Shown here one piece after another: positions 1 to 9,523 of a DNA stretch of 64,000 nt. Numbering within the stretch: the stretch's first letter is position 1; each line of letters starts with the position of its first letter. The notes under the pieces were generated by a model, which did not search any database, was not told the origin of the DNA, and saw nothing but the letters and a program-made list of their open reading frames with translations. A program made the translations under genes and the position numbers. Where the stretch lies: assembly GCA_038140435.1 (NCBI GenBank), contig JAYQGE010000001.1, forward strand, positions 16,228 through 80,227, in the 5' to 3' direction. Source of the stretch: Rhodospirillaceae bacterium. Its GTDB lineage: Bacteria > Pseudomonadota > Alphaproteobacteria > UBA6615.

Positions 1-1
1 G

Positions 2-661
2 ATCGGCAACACCGAGGACATAGTCGCGCATATTGCCGAGCAGGGGTTCGATCGGGACCGGATCGTTTACCTCCCGAACTTCGTTCACCCACCCAAGCGG
101 CGCAAGGCCTCGCGGATCGGTTTCGACACGCCGCTCGATGTGCCGCTGCTGCTGGCCATGGGGCGGCTGCACGAGAACAAGGCCTTCGATGTTCTGCTGC
201 GCGCACTCGCCGAGTTGCCGGAAACGTGGCTCTGGATTGCAGGAGAGGGCCCCGAGGCGGCGGGCCTGTCGCGGCTCGCGGGAGAACTGGGCGTGGCCGA
301 TCGCGTGCGTTTCCTCGGCTGGCGCGACGATGCCGATGCGCTCATGCAGGCCTGCGATATCTTCGTGTGCCCGTCACGCCACGAACCGCTCGGAAACATC
401 GTGCTTGAGGCCTGGGCCGCAGAGAAACCCGTCGTGGCCGCTGCGGCGGCCGGTCCGCTGAGCCTGATCGGGGACAACGCCGCGGGCGTGATCGTGCCGG
501 TCGACGACCCGGCGGCGCTGGCCGCGGGAATCCGCGATCTCGTTGCTGACCCCGGGAATGCGGCACGCCTCGCGGTGGAGGGGCATCGCCGCTTCGAGGC
601 CGGTTACACGGAGGCGGCCGTCGTCGCGCAGTATCAGAGCTTTTTCGAGCGGGTTGCCTGA
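2..661 (+). CDS. glycosyltransferase family 1 (GT4-type), C-terminal part; 5' end lies outside the window
   Basis: Frame open from position 2. C-terminal GT1 motifs are present (..EPLGNIVLEAWAAEKPVVAAAAAGPLSLIG..). Stop is at 661. Confidence 0.7.
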   Translation: MGNTEDIVAHIAEQGFDRDRIVYLPNFVHPPKRRKASRIGFDTPLDVPLLLAMGRLHENKAFDVLLRALAELPETWLWIAGEGPEAAGLSRLAGELGVADRVRFLGWRDDADALMQACDIFVCPSRHEPLGNIVLEAWAAEKPVVAAAAAGPLSLIGDNAAGVIVPVDDPAALAAGIRDLVADPGNAARLAVEGHRRFEAGYTEAAVVAQYQSFFERVA

Positions 662-663
662 CC

Positions 664-2439
664 ATGTGCGGGATCGCAGGCGTTATGGGGGCAGATGGCA
701 CGACCGCGGATGCGCTGACGCTGGAGCGTCTCGTCTCGGCACTGCATCATCGCGGCCCTGACGGAGACGGCGCTTACAGTGCGCGAAACGTTGCCCTCGG
801 CCAGACGCGGCTTGCGATCATCGATCTGGAGACCGGAAACCAGCCGCTCTATGAGCCCGGCGGCGCCGTGCTCGTGGCCAACGGTGAAATCTACAATTAC
901 GTGGAACTGCGTGCGCAGCTGGACGGCGAGGCATTTTCGACCCGCTCTGACTGCGAGCCACCCTTGCATCTCTACCGCAAGCACGGACTCGATTTCGTCG
1001 ATCACCTGCGCGGCATGTACGCCATCGCGCTCTACGATCCGATCGAGGGTCAGCTGGTCCTCGCCCGCGATCCGTTCGGGATCAAGCCGCTCTACTACGC
1101 CCAGACCGATCAAGGCTTCGCCTTTGCGTCCGAGCCCCAAGCGCTGATCGAATCCGGAATGGTTGCGCCACGGGTCAATGAAACCGCGCTCACGGAATTG
1201 CTCCAGCTTCAGTTCACCACCGGGGCGGAGACGGTCTTCGACCAGGTGATGCGTGTGCTGCCCGGAGAGTCCGTGGTGTTGCGCGACGGCCGTGTGGTCG
1301 CGCGCCGCCGCCGGTCGGGTCTGCCGTCCGGCGGGGCGGCAGACTGGTCGGAGGCGGAGGCGCTGGAGCTGCTCGATGCGGCGCTGCGCGACAGCGTCGA
1401 GGTGCACCAGCGTTCCGATGTGCCCTACGGGATGTTCCTGTCGGGTGGCGTCGACAGCTCGGTGTTGCTGGCCCTGATGGCCGAGCTCAACGACACACCC
1501 GTGCAGGCGTTCACGGCGGGTTTCGTGGGTACATCCGTTCCCGACGAGCGTGCGCATGCGCGCGAACTTGCGCGGATCACCGGCGCGGAGATGACCGAAC
1601 TCACGATCGACGCGGACATGTTCTGGCGCGATCTGCCGCGCATCGCGGCGGCGATGGATGACCCGACGGCCGACTACGCGATGGTTCCCAGCTACTTCCT
1701 CGCCGAGGCGGCCAAGGCGGCCGGTCTCAAGGTTGTCCTCACGGGCGAGGGGGGCGACGAACTTTTTGCCGGGTACGGACGTTATCGCAGCGCGATGCGG
1801 CCCTGGTGGCGTGGCGGACGCAGCATGCGCGCGCGCGGCGTGTTTGACGGACTGGGTGTCCTGCGCGACACGCCCGCCGGCTGGCGCGACGGCATCGCGG
1901 CCGCGCAGCAGACAGCCGATGCCGCCGACTACACCAGGTTGCAATCGGCCCAGGCCGCCGACTGTGCGGACTGGTTGCCCAATGATCTGCTGATCAAGGT
2001 CGACCGCTGCCTCATGGCGCATGGGGTCGAGGGCCGGACCCCGTTCCTCGACCCGGAGGTTGCGGCGGTCGCGTTCCGGCTGCCCGATGCGTTGAAGGTG
2101 CGCGACGGGCTCGGCAAGTGGATCCTGCGGAAGTGGCTCAACGGCGTGCTGCCGGAGGCGCGCCCGTTCGAGCGCAAGCGCGGGTTTAGCGTGCCGGTGG
2201 CCGAATGGATCGAGGCGCGCGGCGCCGAGATCGGACCGCTCGTCGCGCATCAGCCCGGGGTCCTGGAGGTTTGCGAGCCGCGGGCCGTCGAGGCGCTGTT
2301 CGCCCGATCGGGAAAGCGCCAGGGTTTCGCTGCGTGGGTGCTGCTCTTTTATGCGTTGTGGCATGCGCACCATGTGCTGAACATCCGTGACTGCGCGGAT
2401 GTCCGCGACGCCCTCGAAACAGGCCGCCGTGCCGCCTGA
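664..2439 (+). CDS. asnB: asparagine synthase (glutamine-hydrolysing), AsnB family
   Basis: N-terminal MCGIAG Ntn-amidotransferase nucleophile. SGGVDSS PP-loop. 591 aa. Starts 3 nt after the GT1 stop. Confidence 0.85.
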   Translation: MCGIAGVMGADGTTADALTLERLVSALHHRGPDGDGAYSARNVALGQTRLAIIDLETGNQPLYEPGGAVLVANGEIYNYVELRAQLDGEAFSTRSDCEPPLHLYRKHGLDFVDHLRGMYAIALYDPIEGQLVLARDPFGIKPLYYAQTDQGFAFASEPQALIESGMVAPRVNETALTELLQLQFTTGAETVFDQVMRVLPGESVVLRDGRVVARRRRSGLPSGGAADWSEAEALELLDAALRDSVEVHQRSDVPYGMFLSGGVDSSVLLALMAELNDTPVQAFTAGFVGTSVPDERAHARELARITGAEMTELTIDADMFWRDLPRIAAAMDDPTADYAMVPSYFLAEAAKAAGLKVVLTGEGGDELFAGYGRYRSAMRPWWRGGRSMRARGVFDGLGVLRDTPAGWRDGIAAAQQTADAADYTRLQSAQAADCADWLPNDLLIKVDRCLMAHGVEGRTPFLDPEVAAVAFRLPDALKVRDGLGKWILRKWLNGVLPEARPFERKRGFSVPVAEWIEARGAEIGPLVAHQPGVLEVCEPRAVEALFARSGKRQGFAAWVLLFYALWHAHHVLNIRDCADVRDALETGRRAA

Positions 2440-2476
2440 TCGCCCCGATCGCCAGCGTGTCCCGCCCCGCGCGGTG

Positions 2477-3067
2477 TCAGTCACCGAGCAACGGTATCCC
2501 ATCCACACGCAACGATTCGAGCAGGGCGATGACATCGGGGGAATCCGTGCCGCGATCCCCGGCCGGCCGACAGATCCCCCCGCGCAGAAGCCGGTTCCCG
2601 GGACTGTCGGGTAGCGGTGCGCTGCCGAACACCGAGACGAATGCGAAGCAGGTGACCCGAGGCGAGTGGCCAACGACGTAGGTCATGTCCGAACGCACGC
2701 GAATATCCTCTGGCCTGAATCGCACACCCTGGCGCGCGAGCGACGGGTCGCTTCCGTAAAGACGATACAGATAGTTCGGGCTTTTGCTTTCTGGTCCGAA
2801 GCCGCCGTTGGTGAGCATCTCATAGACCAGGTGCCCACCCTCGAGCGACCAGCGCTCCAGATAACGACCGGGCAGTTCCATCTTCTCACGGGCGATGATG
2901 CGGGCCTGTGTGTCGGTGATGGAAAGCCGTGTCTGTGCACCGGTGATCGGATCCCAGCCGGGTGCGCCGATGCGGCGCCCCTCGAGGTCGCGCACGGCGG
3001 TGGCCGGCATGCATGCCGTCGCGAACAGGACGGACAGAAGGGGGAGAAGAGTACGGAGTCGGGCCAT
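2477..3067 (-). CDS. hypothetical lipoprotein
   Basis: Internal start MARLRTLLPLLSVLFATAC gives signal peptide plus lipobox (LFATAC). The longer ORF upstream of this Met lacks any signal. The C-terminal tail is low-complexity. Confidence 0.4.
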   Translation of the reverse strand: MARLRTLLPLLSVLFATACMPATAVRDLEGRRIGAPGWDPITGAQTRLSITDTQARIIAREKMELPGRYLERWSLEGGHLVYEMLTNGGFGPESKSPNYLYRLYGSDPSLARQGVRFRPEDIRVRSDMTYVVGHSPRVTCFAFVSVFGSAPLPDSPGNRLLRGGICRPAGDRGTDSPDVIALLESLRVDGIPLLGD

Positions 3068-3284
3068 GGGTATCGCCGGGTCGGAAGCAGCCCATCTTAG
3101 GAGCCGCGCGGCGGGGCGAACGAAATATCGCCGACAATTCAATCTGTTGCTCATGCTGTGGGCAGGATGCCCGGGTTTGGGCTGACTCCGGGCCCCGGCG
3201 GGCCTATATTCGGCTCCGACTTTGTGCACTGCACCCAAGGCGCCGCATCGGCCGGACGCCCACTGAAATCGGGGAGACAAGAGA

Positions 3285-4445
3285 ATGACCGCATGCATCG
3301 TTGGCTGGGACCATCTGAAATTCGGCAAGCGTGAGGACGACGACATCGAGGACATGATCGTCAGCGTTGCGGCGGGCGCCATGCGCGATGCGGGTGTCGA
3401 ACCCCGTGATGTGGACGCGATCTATCTGGGCACCTTCGGCGGCGGTTTCGTGCGCCAGGAGTTTCCGGCCTCGCTGGTCCTGCAGGCCCACGAGGATTTG
3501 CGCTTCAAACCGTCGACCCATGTTGAGAACGCCTGCGCGACGGGTTCCGCCGCGATCTACCAGGGGCTCAACCATATCGCGGCCAAGAAGGGGCGCGTGG
3601 TCCTCGTCGTCGGCGTCGAGAAGATGACCGAGGTCTCCGGTGAGGTTCTGGGTGGCATTCTCTCGAAGGCTTCGTACCTGCGCGAGGAATCGGCATCGAG
3701 CTTCGCCGAGATCTTCGGCCAGATCACGGACGCCTATTTCCAGAAGTATGGTGACAAGTCCGACGCGCTCGCGATGATCGCCGCGAAGAACCACAAGAAC
3801 GGCTGCGACAATCCTTATGCCCAGCTGCAAAAGGACCTGGGTTACGACTTCTGCCGCAACGTTTCGGAGAAGAACCCGGTCGTTGCCGGGCCGCTGAAGC
3901 GCACGGACTGCTCGCTGGTCTCCGACGGCGCCGCGGCCATCGTGCTCACCGACGTGGACACCGCGCTCAAGATGGACAAGGCGGTTTACTTCCGTGCGGC
4001 CCAGCATGTGCAGGACTATCTGCCCATGTCGCGTCGCACCGTGATCGACTTCGAGGGCCCCGCCGAGGCCTTCGCGCGTGCGTTTGGCGAGGCCGGTGTC
4101 TCGGTCGACGATCTCGGCTTTGCCGAGGTGCATGACTGTTTCACCAGCGCCGAGCTGCTGTCCTACGAGGCGATGGGCCTGACCGCGAAGGGCGAGGGCG
4201 AGACGGCGATCAAGGAAGGCTGGACCTATGCCGACGGGAAGCTGCCCGTGAACCGCTCGGGTGGTCTCAAGGCCAAGGGCCATCCGCTTGGCGCGACCGG
4301 CCTGTCGATGCACGCGATTGCGTCCATGCAGCTGACCGGAACCGCGGGTGACCTGCAGCTCGACAATCCCAACCTCGGTGCCGTCTTCAATATGGGCGGA
4401 TCGGCTGTCTCCAGCTACGTCTCGATCCTCGAGCCGCTTCGCTAG
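3285..4445 (+). CDS. thiolase-family protein (SCP-x / lipid-transfer-protein type acetyl-CoA acyltransferase-like)
   Basis: 386 aa. Thiolase-like N-terminus with catalytic-Cys context (ENACATGSAA), and the C-terminal GHPLGATG motif. RBS GGGGAGA upstream. Confidence 0.7.
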   Translation: MTACIVGWDHLKFGKREDDDIEDMIVSVAAGAMRDAGVEPRDVDAIYLGTFGGGFVRQEFPASLVLQAHEDLRFKPSTHVENACATGSAAIYQGLNHIAAKKGRVVLVVGVEKMTEVSGEVLGGILSKASYLREESASSFAEIFGQITDAYFQKYGDKSDALAMIAAKNHKNGCDNPYAQLQKDLGYDFCRNVSEKNPVVAGPLKRTDCSLVSDGAAAIVLTDVDTALKMDKAVYFRAAQHVQDYLPMSRRTVIDFEGPAEAFARAFGEAGVSVDDLGFAEVHDCFTSAELLSYEAMGLTAKGEGETAIKEGWTYADGKLPVNRSGGLKAKGHPLGATGLSMHAIASMQLTGTAGDLQLDNPNLGAVFNMGGSAVSSYVSILEPLR

Positions 4446-4471
4446 ACCCAGCCCTCCGGGAACGCGAATTC

Positions 4472-5473
4472 ATGGCTGAAACGTTCAAGGCCGTTCTCCT
4501 GACGGAGGGCGAGGACGAGAAGGTGTCCGCGTCGATCACGGATGTCGATGCGGCCGACCTGCCCGACGGCGATGTGACGGTCGCGATCGAGTATTCGACG
4601 ATCAACTTCAAGGACGGGCTCGTCGTCAACGGCAACATCGGCCGTCTGGTGCGGGAGTTTCCCCACGTGCCGGGAATCGATTTCGCCGGCACCGTCGAGG
4701 CTTCGGACAATCCTGCGTTCGCGCCCGGCGACAAGGTGGTGCTGACCGGCTGGCGGGTCGGAGAAATCCACTGGGGCGGACTGGCGCAGAAAGCCCGGGT
4801 CAAGGCCGATTGGCTCGTGCCGTTGCCCGAGGGCATGAGCACCCAGCAGGCCATGGCGGTGGGTACCGCGGGATTCACGTCGATGCTCTGTGTCGATGCG
4901 CTCGAGGCCCATGGTCTCGTGCCCGAGAAGGGCGAGGTGCTGGTCACGGGCGGTGCCGGTGGTGTCGGGAGCGTGGCCATCGCGATCCTCGCGAAGCGGA
5001 GCTACACGGTCGTCACGTCGTCGGGCAGACCGCAACTCGAGGACTACCTGAAGGGTCTCGGCGCGTCGGAAATCATCGACCGCGCGGAACTCTCCGAGGC
5101 AGAGCCACGGCCGCTCGAGCGCGAGCGCTGGGCGGGTTGTGTCGACGCCGTTGCCGGCCAGACGCTCGCGACCGTGCTGGCGCAGATGAAGTATGGCGGC
5201 TCGGTCGCCGCATGCGGGCTCGCCGGCGGCAACACGCTGGAGACGACCGTTCTGCCCTTCCTGTTGCGTGGCGTGAACGTGCTCGGGATCGATTCGGTCA
5301 TGCAGCCGAAGGACCATCGTACGCATATCTGGCGTCGTATTGCCGAGGACCTGCCCCTGGACAAGCTCGATGCGATGACCAGTGTCGAGCCGCTCGGTGC
5401 GGTGCCGGACCTGGCCAGGTCGATCCTCAAGGGCGGCGTGCGCGGGCGTACCGTGATCGACGTCAACGCCTGA
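4472..5473 (+). CDS. acuI: YhdH/AcuI-family NADPH-dependent quinone oxidoreductase / acrylyl-CoA reductase (MDR superfamily)
   Basis: 333 aa. MAETFKAVLL..DVTVAIEYSTINFKDGL.. is typical of the YhdH/AcuI family. GGAGGVGS Rossmann motif. Confidence 0.8.
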   Translation: MAETFKAVLLTEGEDEKVSASITDVDAADLPDGDVTVAIEYSTINFKDGLVVNGNIGRLVREFPHVPGIDFAGTVEASDNPAFAPGDKVVLTGWRVGEIHWGGLAQKARVKADWLVPLPEGMSTQQAMAVGTAGFTSMLCVDALEAHGLVPEKGEVLVTGGAGGVGSVAIAILAKRSYTVVTSSGRPQLEDYLKGLGASEIIDRAELSEAEPRPLERERWAGCVDAVAGQTLATVLAQMKYGGSVAACGLAGGNTLETTVLPFLLRGVNVLGIDSVMQPKDHRTHIWRRIAEDLPLDKLDAMTSVEPLGAVPDLARSILKGGVRGRTVIDVNA

Positions 5474-5533
5474 CCTGGTCAACGCTCTCTTAACCCGCCG
5501 TGGTTAGGCTCCGGTCGGATTGAGGGGCGAGCG

Positions 5534-5812
5534 ATGAAACTCGAAGCGACGAGATTGCGCGTAGGCGCGGCATTGGCCGCGGCAACCATGCTGTCCGCGT
5601 GCGAGAATCCGTGGCGCGAATACATGCCCGACTTCGACCAGGTTCTTTCAGCGGGGTGGCTCGAGGATGACGCCCCGCCTCGTCCCGTCACGCCGCTCTA
5701 CTGCTATGAAACCATCGGCGCCAACGACTGCTACGACGCGCCGGTCGCGGGCGCTGCGAACCGCCTTCGCGGTTTCGAGGGGCCGCCGCCCCTGATGCAG
5801 GACGACCGCTAG
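5534..5812 (+). CDS. small hypothetical lipoprotein
   Basis: Signal peptide with lipobox (AAATMLSAC), 92 aa. GAGGGG RBS. Confidence 0.45.
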   Translation: MKLEATRLRVGAALAAATMLSACENPWREYMPDFDQVLSAGWLEDDAPPRPVTPLYCYETIGANDCYDAPVAGAANRLRGFEGPPPLMQDDR

Positions 5813-5966
5813 GCGGGGTCCTTTCTCCGCCGTCACGCCCCGGCAAAACACCGAAACAATCAGACGGACGCATCCGCGCGGCGCGCATTCCTGGCGGTTC
5901 TGCTAGAATGCGCACGGCCTGGCGCACTCGCCCCTCGGCCAAACACCCACGGGATGGCGGAACCTG

Positions 5967-6491
5967 ATGCTCGTCTTTCGTTGGCTTTTTGGACTCGGGC
6001 TGGCGATCGGCGTGGCCGCCGTTTTCGTGACGTTCTCGGCCCATCGATCCGGCACGCCCCCGGAACAGGCAGCGCCCTTGCCGGAGGCCGTCGAAGCGCG
6101 CGAGGCGGACGACCGCGGCGAGGGGATCGCCAGCAACCTCAATCCGCCGAAGCTCGATCTCGAAACATCCGTGAAGCCATTGATCATCGTCGACTCGCTG
6201 CCGCTTGCGGACCAGAGCGCGCTCACCGATTGGCGCGGGATCGAGGGGGCCGCCGGGCACTTCGATCAGCTGGTTCTGGTCGATGGCTCGAAGCCCGGCC
6301 CGGGCGGCGTTTCGGCGATCGATGTCCTGGTTGCCCAGGGATGGGCCGGCGTCGGCTCGGGATCGGCCGCGGCCTCGCGCTTGCGTTCGCGCCAGCCGAC
6401 CGTGATCGACATCATCGGCGGCACGATCGCGAGGGTCAGCACCGCCGACAGCGACAGGCCTCCAAGCACCACCGAGCCGAGCCCGCGATAG
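5967..6491 (+). CDS. hypothetical membrane-anchored protein; the 3' end overlaps the convergent RND gene
   Basis: N-terminal TM helix (WLFGLGLAIGVAAVFVTF). A TAGAAT -10-like hexamer lies about 30 nt upstream. The last about 225 nt are antisense to the RND tail, so the true extent is uncertain. Confidence 0.3.
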   Translation: MLVFRWLFGLGLAIGVAAVFVTFSAHRSGTPPEQAAPLPEAVEAREADDRGEGIASNLNPPKLDLETSVKPLIIVDSLPLADQSALTDWRGIEGAAGHFDQLVLVDGSKPGPGGVSAIDVLVAQGWAGVGSGSAAASRLRSRQPTVIDIIGGTIARVSTADSDRPPSTTEPSPR

Positions 6492-9400
6492 AGTTCCGAT
6501 CCCGCGCCGGGGAAAACCACCAGCGGCAGCATCCCGAACACGGATGTGAGGGTGGACATGAAGATTGGCCGGACACGGTTCTGGGTCGCCAGCATGATCG
6601 CGTCGTCGGCGTCCATCTCGTCTTCACGAATGTGATAGAGTGTCTGGTGCACCAGAAGGATCGCGTTGTTCACCACGATCCCGGTCAGGATCACGAAGCC
6701 GAGCATGGTCAGCATGTCGAGCGGTTGCTGGACCCAGATGTTCAGAATGGCGAGGCCGGCGATGCCGCCCGCGGCCGCCACTGGCACCGTCAGCATGATG
6801 ATCAGCGGGTAAATGAAGCTCTCGAACAGGACCGCCATCACCAGATAGACGATGATGACCGCCAGGAGCAGGTCGATCACCAGTTCGTTCCAGGTCTCGA
6901 GGAGCTTGTCGGCGGTGCCCGTTAGCCGGATGCTGACGCCGTCCGGCAGCCCGCCTTCCTGCATCGGTTTGACGACTTCCTCCTGGATCAGCTCCAGCGC
7001 CTGCTGCAGGGGTGTGTCGGCGTTGGGCCGGACCTGGAGGCGCACGGTCCGCGCGCGCTCGGCGCGCCGCACCTCGGTCGGGCCGGAGGTAATCCGCACA
7101 TTGGCGAGGCCCTCGACCGGCACGATACGCCCGTCGCGGGTGACGACCGGCAGCGAGCCGATGCCCTGGGTCTGGTCGATCACGTTGCGCGGTCCCGTGA
7201 GCGTCAGGTCGATGCGCTTGCCGTCCACCGTGATCTCGTCAACACGCAACCCGTCGTTGAACGCGTCTACCGCCTGGCCAAGCGCGCGGGCGGACAGTCC
7301 ATTGTCGGACAGCGCCAGCCGGTTCGGCTCGACCCGGACCTCGGGTGCGGACAGGGTCAGGCTCGGGATCGGCCGCACCTGGTTGCCTTCGGAGAACGGA
7401 AAGCGCGGCGCGAGCCGGATGAACACATCGAAGGCCACCTGGTAGATCTGTTCGAGGTCCGAACCGCGGATGTCCACGTCGATGGTCCGCCCGCTGCCGA
7501 GCGAGCGGCCGAAGAGCGATGGCTGGCTCGGGAAGGTGCGGACGCCCGGGTCCTGGCGTCCGGCATCCTGCAGGACCGGTATGAGCTCCGCCGCCCGGTT
7601 CGGATCGACGGCCGTCCCCCCGATGAAGGCCCGCCCGGCGAAGGGCACCCGGATGAAACGCTCGAACTTCGGCGGCTGGCCCGGTTCGGACTCCGGGCCG
7701 GTCTCCGATGCCCAGAGATTTCGGGTCCGGTTCGCGATCCGCTCGGTGATCTCGGTGACGGTGTCGAGATTGTATCCCGGCGGCACGTTCACGAATCCGA
7801 AGACGAAGTTGCGGTTGCCCGTCGGCAGATAGTCGAGCTTCGGCGCGAAGACCAGCGTGAACGCGCCCGACGCAAGGGTGATCGCCCCGACGACGACGAG
7901 CGCGCGCAGCTTGGAGCGCACGACCATCCGGGTGAAATCCTGCCAGAAGGTCACGAACCGCGTGGCGAAGTCGTCGATGACCGGAATGCGCAGCGTGGTT
8001 TCACCCTCGGCGCGGCTCCTGACCAGCAGGCGGTTGGCGAGTGCGGGGATGACGGTGACGGAGACGAGCAGCGACAGCATCACCGAGACTGAGATGGCCA
8101 CGGCGATGTCGCGGAACAGCTGGCCGGCCTCGAGCTCCATCACCAGGATCGGGATGAAGACCATGACCGTCGTGAGCGACGACACGAGAACCGCCGGCCA
8201 CACCTGGGATGCGCCGAGCCGGGCGGCCTCGGCGCGCGAGTGTCCCTCCTGGCGAAGCCGGTAGATGTTCTCGAGCACGACGATCGCCGCATCGACCACC
8301 ATGCCAACCGCGAAGGCGATGCCGGCGAGACTGATCACGTTCAGCGAACGGCCGAGCGCCGCCATCGCGACGAACGAGCCGACGACGGACACGGGAATGG
8401 CGAGGGACACGACGAGGGTCGGGCGCCAGGAGCGCAGGAACAGCATCAGGATCAACGCGGCCAGGATGCCGCCGACCACGATATTCTGCTGCACGAGCGT
8501 GATGGCCGAGTTCACGTAGAGCGTTTCGTCGAACACGTTCTCGACGATCAGCCCGACGCGATCGAGCGGTCCCTCGGCGAGATCTTTGATGACGCGATGG
8601 ACCTCGTCCATGACGGTCAACACGTTTGCGCCCTGTTCGCGCGTCATGTTGAACGCCATGGCACGTTCATCGAAGCGGTGGGGCAGCGCCTGGGCTTCCT
8701 TGTAGCCGAGCTCGACATGGGCGACATCGCGGAGCGTGATGCGTCCGATGCCGCCGTCTTCGCGGTCCGCGTCCGAGCGCAGGACCACGTCGAGGACCTG
8801 ATCCGGGGTGTTGAAGTCACCCTCGGTGCGCACGACGTAGGCGCGCTTTCCCTCCTCGACGTCGCCGCCGGAGATGGAGGCGTTTTCCGCCCGCAGCCGA
8901 TCGACCACGTCGCCGACGGTCAGGCGGAACTTGGCGAGCTGCTCGGGTGCCATGATGATGCGCATCTCGCGCTCGGTCTCGCCGAAGATGTTGACGCCGG
9001 AAATGCCCGGGATGCGCTCGATCCGTTCCTGGACGACATCTTCGAGGAAGTCGCCATAGGTGATGAGATCCCGGTCGTTTCCCTTCTGGCGTCGCAGTAC
9101 GAACCAGGCGATCGGGTTGTCGTCGGTGCCCGAGGTGCGCAGCGTCGGCTCGTCGGCTTCCTCCGGGTATCCCGTCACCCGGTCGAGCCGGTTCGCAACC
9201 AGCAGCAGCGCGCGGTCCATGTTCTGGCTTGGCGCGAATTCGAGCGTGATATCGGAGCGCCCGGTGCGCGCGCGGCTCTCGATGGAGCGCACGCCCTCGA
9301 TCCCCTTGAGGACCTCCTCCTGGCGATTGACGATCTCGCGCTCGACCTCCAGCGGTGACGCGCCCGGCCAGAAGGTGTTCACGATGATGACGGGCTGGCG

Positions 9401-9520
9401 CACGTCCGGCGCGAGCTGGATCGGAATGCGTTGTAGCGCGACCCAGCCGAACATAACCACCATGATGACGACCGCGATGACCGCGATCGGGCGATGGATC
9501 GACGCGGAGATCAGGTTCAT
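6266..9520 (-). CDS. RND efflux transporter permease (AcrB/HAE1-type inner-membrane pump)
   Basis: 1084 aa. N-terminal MNLISASIHRPIAVIAVV.., 12-TM architecture with large periplasmic loops. Immediately downstream of the adaptor gene. Confidence 0.9.
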   Translation of the reverse strand: MNLISASIHRPIAVIAVVIMVVMFGWVALQRIPIQLAPDVRQPVIIVNTFWPGASPLEVEREIVNRQEEVLKGIEGVRSIESRARTGRSDITLEFAPSQNMDRALLLVANRLDRVTGYPEEADEPTLRTSGTDDNPIAWFVLRRQKGNDRDLITYGDFLEDVVQERIERIPGISGVNIFGETEREMRIIMAPEQLAKFRLTVGDVVDRLRAENASISGGDVEEGKRAYVVRTEGDFNTPDQVLDVVLRSDADREDGGIGRITLRDVAHVELGYKEAQALPHRFDERAMAFNMTREQGANVLTVMDEVHRVIKDLAEGPLDRVGLIVENVFDETLYVNSAITLVQQNIVVGGILAALILMLFLRSWRPTLVVSLAIPVSVVGSFVAMAALGRSLNVISLAGIAFAVGMVVDAAIVVLENIYRLRQEGHSRAEAARLGASQVWPAVLVSSLTTVMVFIPILVMELEAGQLFRDIAVAISVSVMLSLLVSVTVIPALANRLLVRSRAEGETTLRIPVIDDFATRFVTFWQDFTRMVVRSKLRALVVVGAITLASGAFTLVFAPKLDYLPTGNRNFVFGFVNVPPGYNLDTVTEITERIANRTRNLWASETGPESEPGQPPKFERFIRVPFAGRAFIGGTAVDPNRAAELIPVLQDAGRQDPGVRTFPSQPSLFGRSLGSGRTIDVDIRGSDLEQIYQVAFDVFIRLAPRFPFSEGNQVRPIPSLTLSAPEVRVEPNRLALSDNGLSARALGQAVDAFNDGLRVDEITVDGKRIDLTLTGPRNVIDQTQGIGSLPVVTRDGRIVPVEGLANVRITSGPTEVRRAERARTVRLQVRPNADTPLQQALELIQEEVVKPMQEGGLPDGVSIRLTGTADKLLETWNELVIDLLLAVIIVYLVMAVLFESFIYPLIIMLTVPVAAAGGIAGLAILNIWVQQPLDMLTMLGFVILTGIVVNNAILLVHQTLYHIREDEMDADDAIMLATQNRVRPIFMSTLTSVFGMLPLVVFPGAGSELYRGLGSVVLGGLSLSAVLTLAIVPPMMSITVGWRERKREAAADPEPTPAHPWATRTSIAETPPGPGFEPSTRTS

Positions 9521-9523
9521 CGG

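Noticed and set aside
4472-5473. AcuI-type acrylyl-CoA reductase plus downstream cupins as a DMSP/acrylate catabolic locus
   Set aside because: acuI is about 25 kb from the cupin pair, with unrelated housekeeping genes between. YhdH/AcuI-family reductases are widespread outside DMSP metabolism. Kept only as a low-weight speculation under the cupin finding.
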